A DNA stretch of 64,000 nt from Steroidobacteraceae bacterium (GCA_035760885.1 DASTSB010000290.1:2423-66422); one strand, 5' to 3'. Positions 8,689 through 17,151 are shown, numbered from the stretch's first letter. The notes: generated by a model not told the origin, from the letters alone. Made by a program: numbers and translations.

Positions 8689-9672
8689 ATGCGTCATACG
8701 GTCATTTCGGGTCTCGACTCGTCGAACTATACCCGCCACTTGCTGCATACCGATGCAAGCGTGTGGACGGAAAAAAACTGTTACGCCGATCTGTGGATCG
8801 AGCTGCTGCACGCATTGCGCCTCAATCCGCTCGCGATGCTGCCCTTCACGATCACGATCGATTTCGAAGGCGATCAGTGGACCTTCTTCAAACCTTCCCA
8901 CGATGAGCTTTACGAGCTGTACGGCGTAGACGTTCAAGAGCTCACGATTTGGCAGCCGCTGCTCGAACACGCCAAGGAACAACTGAGCGGGGGCAAACTC
9001 GTTAGCACCGAAGCCGATGCGTTCTGGCTTCCCGACACAGCGGGAACGGACTACCGCGACAAGCACACCAAGACCACGATCGTGTTGAACGATCTGGACG
9101 TCGAGAACCGGCGCCTCAGCTACTTCCATAACGCAGGTTATTACACGCTCGAAGGCGAAGACTTCATCAAGACGTTTCGCCTTGATGCGCCCGAGGATCC
9201 GGCGTTTATGCCGCTGTATTGCGAATTCGTCCGCATCAAGCGTGCTCGCGAGCGGGCCGACAAGGAGCTGGGGGCCCTATCTTGGGAACTGTTGCAAAAA
9301 CATTTCGGGCGCATTCCGGATACCAACCCGATGCCCCGCTTCCGGGATCGGTTCAACACCGATCTGCCGCTCATGCAAGCACGCGGCCTGAAGTTCTATC
9401 ACGCGTGGGCGTTCGCGGCGACGCGGCAGTTGGGTGCAGCGTTCGAACTTGCGGCGTTCAACCTTCGTTGGCTCGAAGCCCACGGTTTCTCTGGCCTCGA
9501 ATCGAGTGCTCTAGCGTTTATCGATATCTCGAATGCTTGCAAAGCGTTCATCCTGAAAGGCGCGCGCGCAGTAAATTCAAAGAAGCCCTACGACGCCTCT
9601 GCGATGTTCGCGGAGCTGGAGTCTGCCTGGAGTCGCGGCATGGAAGGGATCGCCCGGCACATCCGCGCCTGA
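8689..9672 (+). CDS. DUF1839-family protein
   Basis: WTEKNCYADLWIELLH, DFEGDQWTFFK, LYGVDVQEL, DAFWLPDTAGTDY..HTKTT, YFHNAGY, YHAWAFAATRQLGA. This family is the usual neighbour of aa:CP ligases. Confidence 0.85.
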   Translation: MRHTVISGLDSSNYTRHLLHTDASVWTEKNCYADLWIELLHALRLNPLAMLPFTITIDFEGDQWTFFKPSHDELYELYGVDVQELTIWQPLLEHAKEQLSGGKLVSTEADAFWLPDTAGTDYRDKHTKTTIVLNDLDVENRRLSYFHNAGYYTLEGEDFIKTFRLDAPEDPAFMPLYCEFVRIKRARERADKELGALSWELLQKHFGRIPDTNPMPRFRDRFNTDLPLMQARGLKFYHAWAFAATRQLGAAFELAAFNLRWLEAHGFSGLESSALAFIDISNACKAFILKGARAVNSKKPYDASAMFAELESAWSRGMEGIARHIRA

Positions 9673-9687
9673 GGCCGATTTAGTCCT

Positions 9688-10626
9688 TTGAGCAAATCAC
9701 GCGCTTATCTTCTCGGCGCCGCTCTGATTTCCCTCGTTCTTACGGTCGTCTTCGGTGATCTGCCGGGCCGTGGATTATTCGTCGGCGCGCTGCAGAACAG
9801 CGCGCACGTACCCGCGTCCGGGGCCATAGCAGCTCTGCTACTCGTGCTATGCAGGCATTGGCCACTTAGTCGCAAATGGACTGCGCTCACGCGCTATGTA
9901 GCTGTCGTTCTGGTCACCACTACGATCGGCGCAGCAATCGAAGTAATCCAAGGCGCGCTCCACAGAGATATGTCCCTCGAGGACGTGTTCCATGATTTCC
10001 TTGGAGCACTCATCGGCGCGGCAGTCATGCACACCTGCGGATGGGAGCCGTCTTCCAATCGGCTTCGCAAAACGTCCTTGGTGCTCGCTTGCGTGGCCGT
10101 ATTGATTGCCGCGTTTCCTGTCGCATGGAGCGCTGCTGCGTACATTCATCGAGATCGCGAGTTTCCCTTCGTATTGCAGTTCGGCTCGCGACTCGATCGC
10201 TACTTCCTCTACGACTGCGCAGCCCACAGCAAATTCGCCAAGATTGAACAAATGAAATCAGGATCGGCGCTCGTGGTCGAACTGGATCCGACGTGCCGCA
10301 AACAAATCGGCGTTGCGGAGCCCTATGCCGATTGGCGAGGCTACTCGCGACTTAAGCTGGAGATTACGAACACTGCAAACGAGCCAATCCCGCTCACGAT
10401 CCGTATCGAAGACATTCACCACAATCAGGAATACACGGATCGATTCAACCAGTCCTTCGATCTGGCCGGGAACGAGTACAAAATCCTCACCATCCCGCTG
10501 GATGCTGTTCGCAATGCTCCTGCAGGTCGTCAGATGGACATGCAGCACATCTACTGGATCAACCTCTTCACCAGCCTCGAACACCCGACGGCTCGTGTCG
10601 CTCTACACCGGATGTGGTTGGAGTAA
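9688..10626 (+). CDS. VanZ-like membrane protein with C-terminal carbohydrate-binding-like domain
   Basis: About five TM helices with NSAH and IEVIQ..RDMSLEDVFHDFLG (VanZ pattern), followed by a beta-rich soluble domain (DWRGYSRLKLEI..LTIRIED..DRFN..IPL). TTG start is uncertain. Confidence 0.7.
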   Translation: MSKSRAYLLGAALISLVLTVVFGDLPGRGLFVGALQNSAHVPASGAIAALLLVLCRHWPLSRKWTALTRYVAVVLVTTTIGAAIEVIQGALHRDMSLEDVFHDFLGALIGAAVMHTCGWEPSSNRLRKTSLVLACVAVLIAAFPVAWSAAAYIHRDREFPFVLQFGSRLDRYFLYDCAAHSKFAKIEQMKSGSALVVELDPTCRKQIGVAEPYADWRGYSRLKLEITNTANEPIPLTIRIEDIHHNQEYTDRFNQSFDLAGNEYKILTIPLDAVRNAPAGRQMDMQHIYWINLFTSLEHPTARVALHRMWLE

Positions 10627-10685
10627 CAGCGTGCGTTTAGGACGTCTTGCGTGCACGCTCCATTGAACATACGGCAAGGCCATAT

Positions 10686-10706
10686 CTCCAGCCTCCAGCC
10701 TCCAGC
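10686..10706. repeat. Heptamer tandem repeat (CTCCAGC)x3
   Basis: Three exact copies just beyond the nadE-like stop. Reverse-complement-related to the array at 11704-11731. Confidence 0.85.
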
Positions 10707-10719
10707 CAGCCCCAATCGG

Positions 10720-11694
10720 CTAGGCGTCGATTTCCGGCACGTCCTCGATGAGCACCGGTGAGCGATGCAGGTACGCCGTTGCGCGACGCTTCGCCTGAAT
10801 GTCCTCATAAACGATGCGGGCGTGATCTTCAGTGATGCCGATGACCGGGGCCAACTCCGCAACTGGCACTGCGTGGTTGTGGGCCCAGAGCGCTAGATCC
10901 ATCTGCTCATAAGGAAGCGCGAAATAAAACTCGTCCTGCCCTTGCGCCAGGCTGTATGTGTCGGTCGTGGGACGAGCGCTAGTGATGTCTTCCGGTAGAT
11001 CAAGAGCCTTCGCAAGCGCATACACCTGCGTCTTGTACAGGTGTGCGATCGGTTTGATGTCGGCGGCCCCATCGCCATTCTTCACGAAGAATCCTTGATC
11101 GTATTCCAATCGATTCGGCGTACCGATCACTGCATAGTTCAATCGATCGGCGTGGTAGTACTCGATCATCTTGCGAGTCCGCTGCTTGAAGCTCGTTGCG
11201 GCGACGATCTGCAGATATTCCTGGAGCGGCATGCGAACGTCGTGCATCGCCCCATCGGGAGATTGCGCGATGAGATGGAAGTGACTCACTCGACCCTGCA
11301 TTGCGCTGCGAATCGCGATCTTGCTCTTCCAGGCCGGGCCGTAACCCGGCAGTACCCGACGCATCGCCTCATCACGAGCCTCGTAGCATCCGAGCTTCTC
11401 CAGCGCCGGGCCGATGTTCACCGTGATCGGGCTCAATCCAAACTGCTGCGCGAGCAATTGGGCTCGACGTGCACTATCACCCGACGAGTCGTGTTCAGGA
11501 AGAATCAGCGTGCAAACACGCGCCGCACCCACGGCCTTTACGGCCAAAGCGGCGCACACGGAACTATCCACACCACCGGAGATCGCGACAATGAGCCCAC
11601 GCTTGTGGAGCGTGCGAGTGATCTCTCGCAAGCGAGCGATGATGCGCTCAATCTCGGCACCTTCAGCGAACTTCAGAACGTCTTTGTTGAACAC
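10720..11694 (-). CDS. nadE: NH3-dependent NAD+ synthetase family protein (EPS-cluster paralog)
   Basis: PP-loop AISGGVDSSV, KQRTRK, GTPNRLE..GFFVKNGDGAADIKPIAHLYKTQV, PTTD. Start set at GTG 11694 (CAGGA upstream); the longer ORF start runs through a heptamer array. Confidence 0.85.
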   Translation of the reverse strand: MFNKDVLKFAEGAEIERIIARLREITRTLHKRGLIVAISGGVDSSVCAALAVKAVGAARVCTLILPEHDSSGDSARRAQLLAQQFGLSPITVNIGPALEKLGCYEARDEAMRRVLPGYGPAWKSKIAIRSAMQGRVSHFHLIAQSPDGAMHDVRMPLQEYLQIVAATSFKQRTRKMIEYYHADRLNYAVIGTPNRLEYDQGFFVKNGDGAADIKPIAHLYKTQVYALAKALDLPEDITSARPTTDTYSLAQGQDEFYFALPYEQMDLALWAHNHAVPVAELAPVIGITEDHARIVYEDIQAKRRATAYLHRSPVLIEDVPEIDA

Positions 11695-11703
11695 GGATGA
11701 ATC

Positions 11704-11731
11704 CTGGAGGCTGGACGCTGGGGGCTGGGGC
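11704..11731. repeat. Degenerate heptamer array CTGGAGG-CTGGACG-CTGGGGG-CTGGGGC
   Basis: Four 7-bp units between the HemK-like stop and the probable nadE start. Confidence 0.75.
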
Positions 11732-11738
11732 AAAGCAG

Positions 11739-12641
11739 CTAACACCGAGCGACGATGACACGGATCGCACCGTGTTCATCTTCTCGGCATTCGACATGGG
11801 TGAACTGAGGATTGGCGCGCAGTCGTTTCATCAATGCAGGTCCTTGCCCGAGCCCTACTTCGAACGCGAGCCACCCGCCTGCTCGCAGGAATCGCGGCGC
11901 CTGCTGCGTGAGTTTCATCAGGATGCCGATCCCTAATGGACCACCGTCGAATGCGAGACGAGGTTCGTGTTGCGAGATCTCGCTCGGCATCGCGCCTACT
12001 TTCGCAGAATTGATGTACGGCGGATTGCACGTCAGCACATCAACCTTGCCAAGAAACTCATCGCTTTCGAATGGCGCCAACAAGTCGCCGCAGCGAAATT
12101 CGACGCGATCTTCCATGCGCAGCAATTTGGCATTCTCCTTAGCCAATGCAACTGCGTCTTCGCTCAGGTCGGCGCCGAGCACTCGCGCGGTTACGATGTA
12201 ATGAGCAATCGCCAAAGCAACATTGCCGCTACCCGTGCACACGTCGATCACCATCGGATTGGATGTTCGGCTCGCAACCTCTAATGCCGCATCCATAGCC
12301 GCCTTTGCGAGCAATTCGGTTTCTTTGCGAGGAATCAGCGCGCCCGGACCCGCCAGCATCTCGAGACCCATAAACCGCTGACGGCGCGTGAGATGCGACA
12401 GAGGAACGCCGCCGATACGTTTGTTCACCAACTCAGAGAAGACGAGGCGCTGCTCCTCAGCCAACTCAGGCAAGTCGCCAAAAGACGCAGCCTCAGCAGA
12501 TTTGGGCACACCAGCGGCTGCGAACCACAGTGCGCGAACCGTGCTCTCGAGAGTCTCTTCTGGCTTGTCCGGCAGGAACTCGACGCGGCCAGCAAGCTGT
12601 TGGCGCGCTTCATCGAGCACAGTGGTACTAGCCGCAGACAT
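11739..12641 (-). CDS. HemK/PrmC-family SAM-dependent N-methyltransferase paralog
   Basis: R..GVPLSHL, ALIPRKETELL, DVCTGSG, NPPY, EPRLAFDGGPLG, FEVG..QG. No prfA nearby. Confidence 0.88.
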   Translation of the reverse strand: MSAASTTVLDEARQQLAGRVEFLPDKPEETLESTVRALWFAAAGVPKSAEAASFGDLPELAEEQRLVFSELVNKRIGGVPLSHLTRRQRFMGLEMLAGPGALIPRKETELLAKAAMDAALEVASRTSNPMVIDVCTGSGNVALAIAHYIVTARVLGADLSEDAVALAKENAKLLRMEDRVEFRCGDLLAPFESDEFLGKVDVLTCNPPYINSAKVGAMPSEISQHEPRLAFDGGPLGIGILMKLTQQAPRFLRAGGWLAFEVGLGQGPALMKRLRANPQFTHVECREDEHGAIRVIVARC

Positions 12642-12651
12642 GCGCGCGGAC

Positions 12652-12906
12652 TTACGCGGCTTTCGCTTTGCTCGCGACGAATCGCGCGATGTTATCGAGA
12701 CTATCCAAATTCTCTGGAATCATCTCTTCGTCAGCGATTCGGACTTTGTACGTCGTTTCGAGGAACGTGACCAACTCAATGAACCCGGTCGAATCGATGA
12801 TGTGGTGATCGAGAAACGACTGGTCGTCGGTGAGCTGCGCACCAGCGTCGCCCATCAGAAAGTTTTCGAGAATGTAGGCGCGAACAGTCTGTTTGATGTC
12901 TTGCAT
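12652..12906 (-). CDS. Acyl carrier protein
   Basis: 84 aa from ATG 12906: MQDIKQ..IIDSTGFIELVTFLE..IADEEMIPENLDS. The DS phosphopantetheine site is present. The ORF track's 100-aa N-terminal extension is spurious. Confidence 0.93.
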   Translation of the reverse strand: MQDIKQTVRAYILENFLMGDAGAQLTDDQSFLDHHIIDSTGFIELVTFLETTYKVRIADEEMIPENLDSLDNIARFVASKAKAA

Positions 12907-12923
12907 GTTTGATGAAGGTGAAA

Positions 12924-13322
12924 TGTGTGACGTGTATGGTGTGCAGTGTAATTCGGTCCGCAGGTTACGTTGACAGTTGGCGGTAGCGGTTCGGAGAAAC
13001 TTGTTCGTTGCGTCGGGTGTGAAGCGTGGATTCGGATAATGGTTAACATCTGCCGCATGACCAAATGTGAGGTGCAGGGTGTCACCCCTCATGCCTTCTT
13101 GAACCGTCAGACACCTTCCGTTCCTATGCCCCTTCCCCGACCCTCCCCCCCCCGCAAACGGGCGAGGGAGGAGCTTTGCTCTCGATGGGTAAATCATCTC
13201 GAATCCCAATTCCCGTCTTGTCTCCGTTTCGCACTCTGGCCGTCAACTCTCAACGGTCAACTGGCAGCTGTGCGTCAGGTCGTGACGGGGCTTCTTACAC
13301 TCTTACACCTCACACGCCACAC
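12924..13322. repeat. Intergenic mosaic of degenerate heptamer arrays in nested inverted arrangement
   Basis: GTGTnnn x4 (12925-12951), GTTGACA-GTTGGCG (12969-12982), then CGTCAAC-TCTCAAC-GGTCAAC (13241-13261) and CTTACAC/CTCACAC/GCCACAC (13294-13322). Confidence 0.8.
13129..13170. repeat. REP-like palindromic element
   Basis: CCCCTTCCCCGACCCTCCCCCCCCCGCAAACGGGCGAGGGAG resembles the common proteobacterial CCCTCxCCC..CCCTCTCCCGC-AA-GCGGGAGAGGG repeat. Imperfect hairpin. Confidence 0.65.
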
Positions 13323-13340
13323 AGCGCCCGGCGCTCATCG

Positions 13341-14873
13341 TCAGCTCAGCCCCTTTTTGCTTATTTTGCCAGTATCCGTTCGCGGCAGCGCGTCCGCGAA
13401 TGCGACGTGCTTGGGAGCCATGAAACTCTCCAGATAGGAAAGGCAGTGCTTGATCACGTCGCGCTCCGAATATGTAAAGCCCTGCTTGAGGACCACGAAC
13501 GCTTTTACGGCCTGACCCAACACCAAGTCCGGCACACCGATCACAGCGGCCTCCAAAACGCCGTCCAGCTGATATAGGACGTTTTCGACTTCGCGGGGGC
13601 TCACCTTCTCACCGCGGCTTTTGATGATGTCGTCCTTCCTGCCAACGAAATACAACCACCCTTCCGAGTCAGTCCTGAAGATGTCGCCCGTGTAGAGATA
13701 CATCTCGCCGGGAAGGTCGCCGGGCTTGAGACGCTCCGCGGTTTCTTTAGGCTTGCGCCAATAGCCCCGCATGACATTGCTACCACGAACCACGAGTTCG
13801 CCGGTGCTGCCGTTGGGAAGGCGCTTACCGTTTTCGTCGGCAAGCCAGACTTCTTCGTTTGGCATGCCTCGCCCAACGCTCATCGGCCGAATGTCGAGTT
13901 GATCGGGCGGCAGGTAGCTCACGCGCTTGCATTCCGTGAGCCCGTACATCGAGAACAACGTTGCTTGAGGAAATTTCTTTCGAATGTCGCGAATCTGAAC
14001 TTCTGAAAGTGCCGCCGCGGTATTCGTCACCATGCGCAACGCACTTAGATCGTACGAAGACAGACTCTCCAAATTGAGAAGCATAGAAAACACGGTCGGC
14101 ACCCCAGGCAACACCGTCACATGCTCACGCACCATGGTTTCGAGCACTCGTACCGGGAACGCGAGCGAGCGTTGCAGCACGACGGTGGCACCAACACGCG
14201 AGGACATCAAAATCTGATACAGCCCATAGTCGAATGCGATTGGCAAAACGTTGATGATGATGTCGTCCGCGCGCAGCCCTAGGTATGTACTAATCGAGGT
14301 CGCCGCACTGGTCATGTTGAGGTGCGTGACCATGACGCCCTTCGGTTCACCGGTGGAGCCAGACGTATAGATGATGCTTGCAAGGTCCTGATCGATGGTG
14401 GCCGGGACCGAGAATTCGCTCGACAATTTCAACGCATCGTCGAGCGATAACGTCTTGCGCTCTGCGATCTGCATATCCGATTTCGGTTGCACGATGATGG
14501 ATGCCGCTACGCTCGCGGACTTTCCAATCGCAGCACCTGCAATCTCCGCAAGCACACCGCTCGTAACCAACACTCGTGCTTCGGAATCGTTCAGTAAGTA
14601 TGTGAGCTTGTCGGTCTTCGTTTGCGGATTGACCGGCATGAAGACGCCACCCGCCTTCAATGTTGCGAAGATGCTGATCACTGCTTCCGTGCAGTTCTCT
14701 AGATAGATCGCAACTCGATCGCCCCGCTGCAGCCCGCACGATTGCAAAGTCGCAGCTAACGCCCGCGCACGCGAATCGATGTCGCCGTAGGTGAGACGCT
14801 CGTTCTCGCAAACCAGAGCGATCTTCTGCGGCGTATTGCGCGCGTGTTGTTCGAGCCAGTGGTGGAGGAGCAT
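13341..14873 (-). CDS. Stand-alone ANL-superfamily adenylating enzyme (acyl/aminoacyl-ACP ligase), similar to the exosortase A-associated AMP ligase
   Basis: IIYTSGSTGEPKG, FDYGLYQ, MYGLTE, YTGD, GRKDDIIKSRGEKVSP, LPRTDTGK. Adjacent to an ACP. Confidence 0.92.
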   Translation of the reverse strand: MLLHHWLEQHARNTPQKIALVCENERLTYGDIDSRARALAATLQSCGLQRGDRVAIYLENCTEAVISIFATLKAGGVFMPVNPQTKTDKLTYLLNDSEARVLVTSGVLAEIAGAAIGKSASVAASIIVQPKSDMQIAERKTLSLDDALKLSSEFSVPATIDQDLASIIYTSGSTGEPKGVMVTHLNMTSAATSISTYLGLRADDIIINVLPIAFDYGLYQILMSSRVGATVVLQRSLAFPVRVLETMVREHVTVLPGVPTVFSMLLNLESLSSYDLSALRMVTNTAAALSEVQIRDIRKKFPQATLFSMYGLTECKRVSYLPPDQLDIRPMSVGRGMPNEEVWLADENGKRLPNGSTGELVVRGSNVMRGYWRKPKETAERLKPGDLPGEMYLYTGDIFRTDSEGWLYFVGRKDDIIKSRGEKVSPREVENVLYQLDGVLEAAVIGVPDLVLGQAVKAFVVLKQGFTYSERDVIKHCLSYLESFMAPKHVAFADALPRTDTGKISKKGLS

Positions 14874-14879
14874 GGGTCG

Positions 14880-15211
14880 ATTGAGAGTTGAGGGTTGGGA
14901 GTTGGCGGGCAGAATAATGGTTGAGCGTTGGCGGTTGGCAGAAACAGTGTGTAGTGTCGTGTGGGGTGTGAGACGTGTAGCGACGACCAGCGGTTAGCGG
15001 TTAGCGGTTAGCGGTTAGCGGTTAACCAGAGTATCTCTTCGTCTTCCCATTTCCCGTTTGCTGCCGCACAGGGATGTGCCAATGCCGCGGGAGGCAGGAT
15101 GCCGCGAGCGGCCGTTTGCCGTTTGCCGTTTGCCGTCAGCCGTTCGCCCTGGACGTCAAGGTTGGTTCGCTCGCCGATCTGTCTGCCAACGGCCAACTCT
15201 CAACTGCCAAC
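14880..15211. repeat. Heptamer arrays including (AGCGGTT)x5 and (GCCGTTT)x3
   Basis: GTTGnnn units at 14880-14907 and 14920-14940, GTGTG units at 14947-14980, exact AGCGGTT x5 at 14989-15023, GCCGTTT x3 at 15111-15131 plus two degenerate copies, and nnnCAAC x4 at 15184-15211. Confidence 0.9.
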
Positions 15212-17145
15212 GTCGACGCCTGACGGCGTCGAATGAACATCTCATCCACCAACATCGTCGACAGGATCCCCACAAACGCCATATTGTCCGAGAATCCGAT
15301 CGCGCGACCCGCGCGGCATTTGGCCACCAACTTCCCGACTGCAAGCGGATCGAAATAGCCGGCGCTGCGCAGACGATCTTCACTCAACAAATCGTCCACG
15401 TAGTCGCATGACTTTCCGTCAGAGAAAAAGCTCTGACTGTCAGGCGCTCGGTATGGTTGCTTGGTGCGCTTTGCAATCGATGGCGGCAACAAGTCCTGCA
15501 TCGCACGTTTCAACAGGTACTTTTCGTTCAGACCATTGATCTTGAGGGATGGCGGCAAGCGACTCGCAAACTCGATGACACGATGATCCAGGAATGGGAA
15601 ACGCCCCTCGATCGAATTCGCCATCGCCACTCGATCGCTCTGCGAATTTAGTAAGTAGCCGCTGAGTAAGGTGTGCGCCTCGACATATTGGTCACGGCCG
15701 ATCGGTAGGAAGTCCGCCACCTCGCTCGGCAATCTCGTCCTTGCACGCGACACGTAGTCCTGCTCTCCAAGTTCCGCTCGCGCCTCTTTCGATAAAAACT
15801 GCCAACTACGATGGGTGGTCGACCAGCGCGGCAGGTGAGCGAAGCACGGATCGCTCACCGCATCCATGCCTTGTGCATAAAACCGATCCGTCATCGCGCG
15901 CGTAGCGGCAGGAGAGTTCTTCAGATACGGATACAGCCGATCGAGCAATCGCGGACGCATCTTCGACTGCGGAAAGCGCGACCAGAACCGTCGAATCTTC
16001 GCTTCCTTGAATAAATCGTAACCGCCGAAGACCTCATCTGCGCCCTCGCCCGTCAACACCACCTTGTATCCGTGTTGACGAACGGCTTCAGACAGCAACA
16101 TCAGCGGCGTCGGCGCAGTGCGAACAATCGGAGTTTCGGTATGCCAGATGACGCGCGGAAATGCGGCAGCGATGTCGCGAGTCTTGCAAACTACGCGTGT
16201 GTGTTGGGTCCCGAGTTTGCGCGTCATCTCATCTTGAAATGCGCTCTCGTCGAATTCCGCGTCTTCGAATGCGATCGAGAAGGTGCGCAGGCGTTCGTTG
16301 TTGTAGACCTTTACGAGCGCCGCAATGACAGAGGAGTCCAATCCGCCGCTCAAATATGCCCCCACCGGAACGTCCGCCCGCAATTGCAGCCGAACCGAAT
16401 CGATCAACAATTCGCGCAGCTCTTCGACGTAAGACACCACCGACCGATCGCGCGTAGGCTGCGTCGTTGGGAATGTCCAATCCCAGTATTTCTTGATCTC
16501 TCGACGACCCTTTTCAACGATCATCATGTGACCAGCGGGCAGCGAGTGGATGTTCTCGAAGACGGTGTCGGGCTCGAGTGCGGACCAATACGTGAGTACG
16601 TCACCCACCGCGCTGAGATTCATACCGCGCGTAATTCCACTGACCGCAAACAGTGACTTCACTTCCGAACCGAAAATCAAGCTGCCATTGGCCTCAGTGT
16701 AGAAAAGTGGCCGAATTCCTGTTCGGTCGCGTGCGAGCACGAGCCGACGTTTCGCTTGGTCCCAAAGCGCAACAGCGAACTGGCCGTTCAAATGATCGAC
16801 GAAGTTGAGGCCGTATTGCTCGTACGCATGGACGATGACTTCAGTATCCGAATGGGTCGTGAATCGGTGTCCCGCACGTTCGAGATCTTGTCGCAGTTCG
16901 ATGAAGTTGAAGATCTCGCCGTTGAAGACGACCCAGACGTTCGATTCTTCATTGTGGATCGGCTGATTGCCGCCCGCGATATCGATGATGCTGAGACGTG
17001 CATGCGCCAAACCGCAGTGCGAGTCACTGAAGAAGCCGTATCCATCCGGGCCACGGTGGTGCAGCGCCTCGATCATTGCGCGCAACGTTTCCCGCTGCGG
17101 CGGCGCTCGATCAGACAGATTGAAGATGCCGGCAAGACCGCACAT
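15136..17145 (-). CDS. asnB: Asparagine synthase (glutamine-hydrolysing) family amidotransferase
   Basis: N-terminal MCG, HRGPD, FNGEIFN, SDTEV, RDRTGIRPL, LSGGLDSS, GEGADEVFGGY, EGRFPFLD. Confidence 0.95.
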   Translation of the reverse strand: MCGLAGIFNLSDRAPPQRETLRAMIEALHHRGPDGYGFFSDSHCGLAHARLSIIDIAGGNQPIHNEESNVWVVFNGEIFNFIELRQDLERAGHRFTTHSDTEVIVHAYEQYGLNFVDHLNGQFAVALWDQAKRRLVLARDRTGIRPLFYTEANGSLIFGSEVKSLFAVSGITRGMNLSAVGDVLTYWSALEPDTVFENIHSLPAGHMMIVEKGRREIKKYWDWTFPTTQPTRDRSVVSYVEELRELLIDSVRLQLRADVPVGAYLSGGLDSSVIAALVKVYNNERLRTFSIAFEDAEFDESAFQDEMTRKLGTQHTRVVCKTRDIAAAFPRVIWHTETPIVRTAPTPLMLLSEAVRQHGYKVVLTGEGADEVFGGYDLFKEAKIRRFWSRFPQSKMRPRLLDRLYPYLKNSPAATRAMTDRFYAQGMDAVSDPCFAHLPRWSTTHRSWQFLSKEARAELGEQDYVSRARTRLPSEVADFLPIGRDQYVEAHTLLSGYLLNSQSDRVAMANSIEGRFPFLDHRVIEFASRLPPSLKINGLNEKYLLKRAMQDLLPPSIAKRTKQPYRAPDSQSFFSDGKSCDYVDDLLSEDRLRSAGYFDPLAVGKLVAKCRAGRAIGFSDNMAFVGILSTMLVDEMFIRRRQASTLAVESWPLADRSASEPTLTSRANG

Positions 17146-17151
17146 CGTGGA

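Noticed and set aside
12907-13437. ORF-track proteins over the ACP-ligase spacer (185-aa extended ACP, 155-aa + strand ORF)
   Set aside because: The translations run through heptamer and REP repeats and show no family motifs. The ACP starts at 12906.
14880-15145. Possible CRISPR array or telomere-like repeat
   Set aside because: Units are 7 bp in tandem with no unique spacers, and there are no cas genes.
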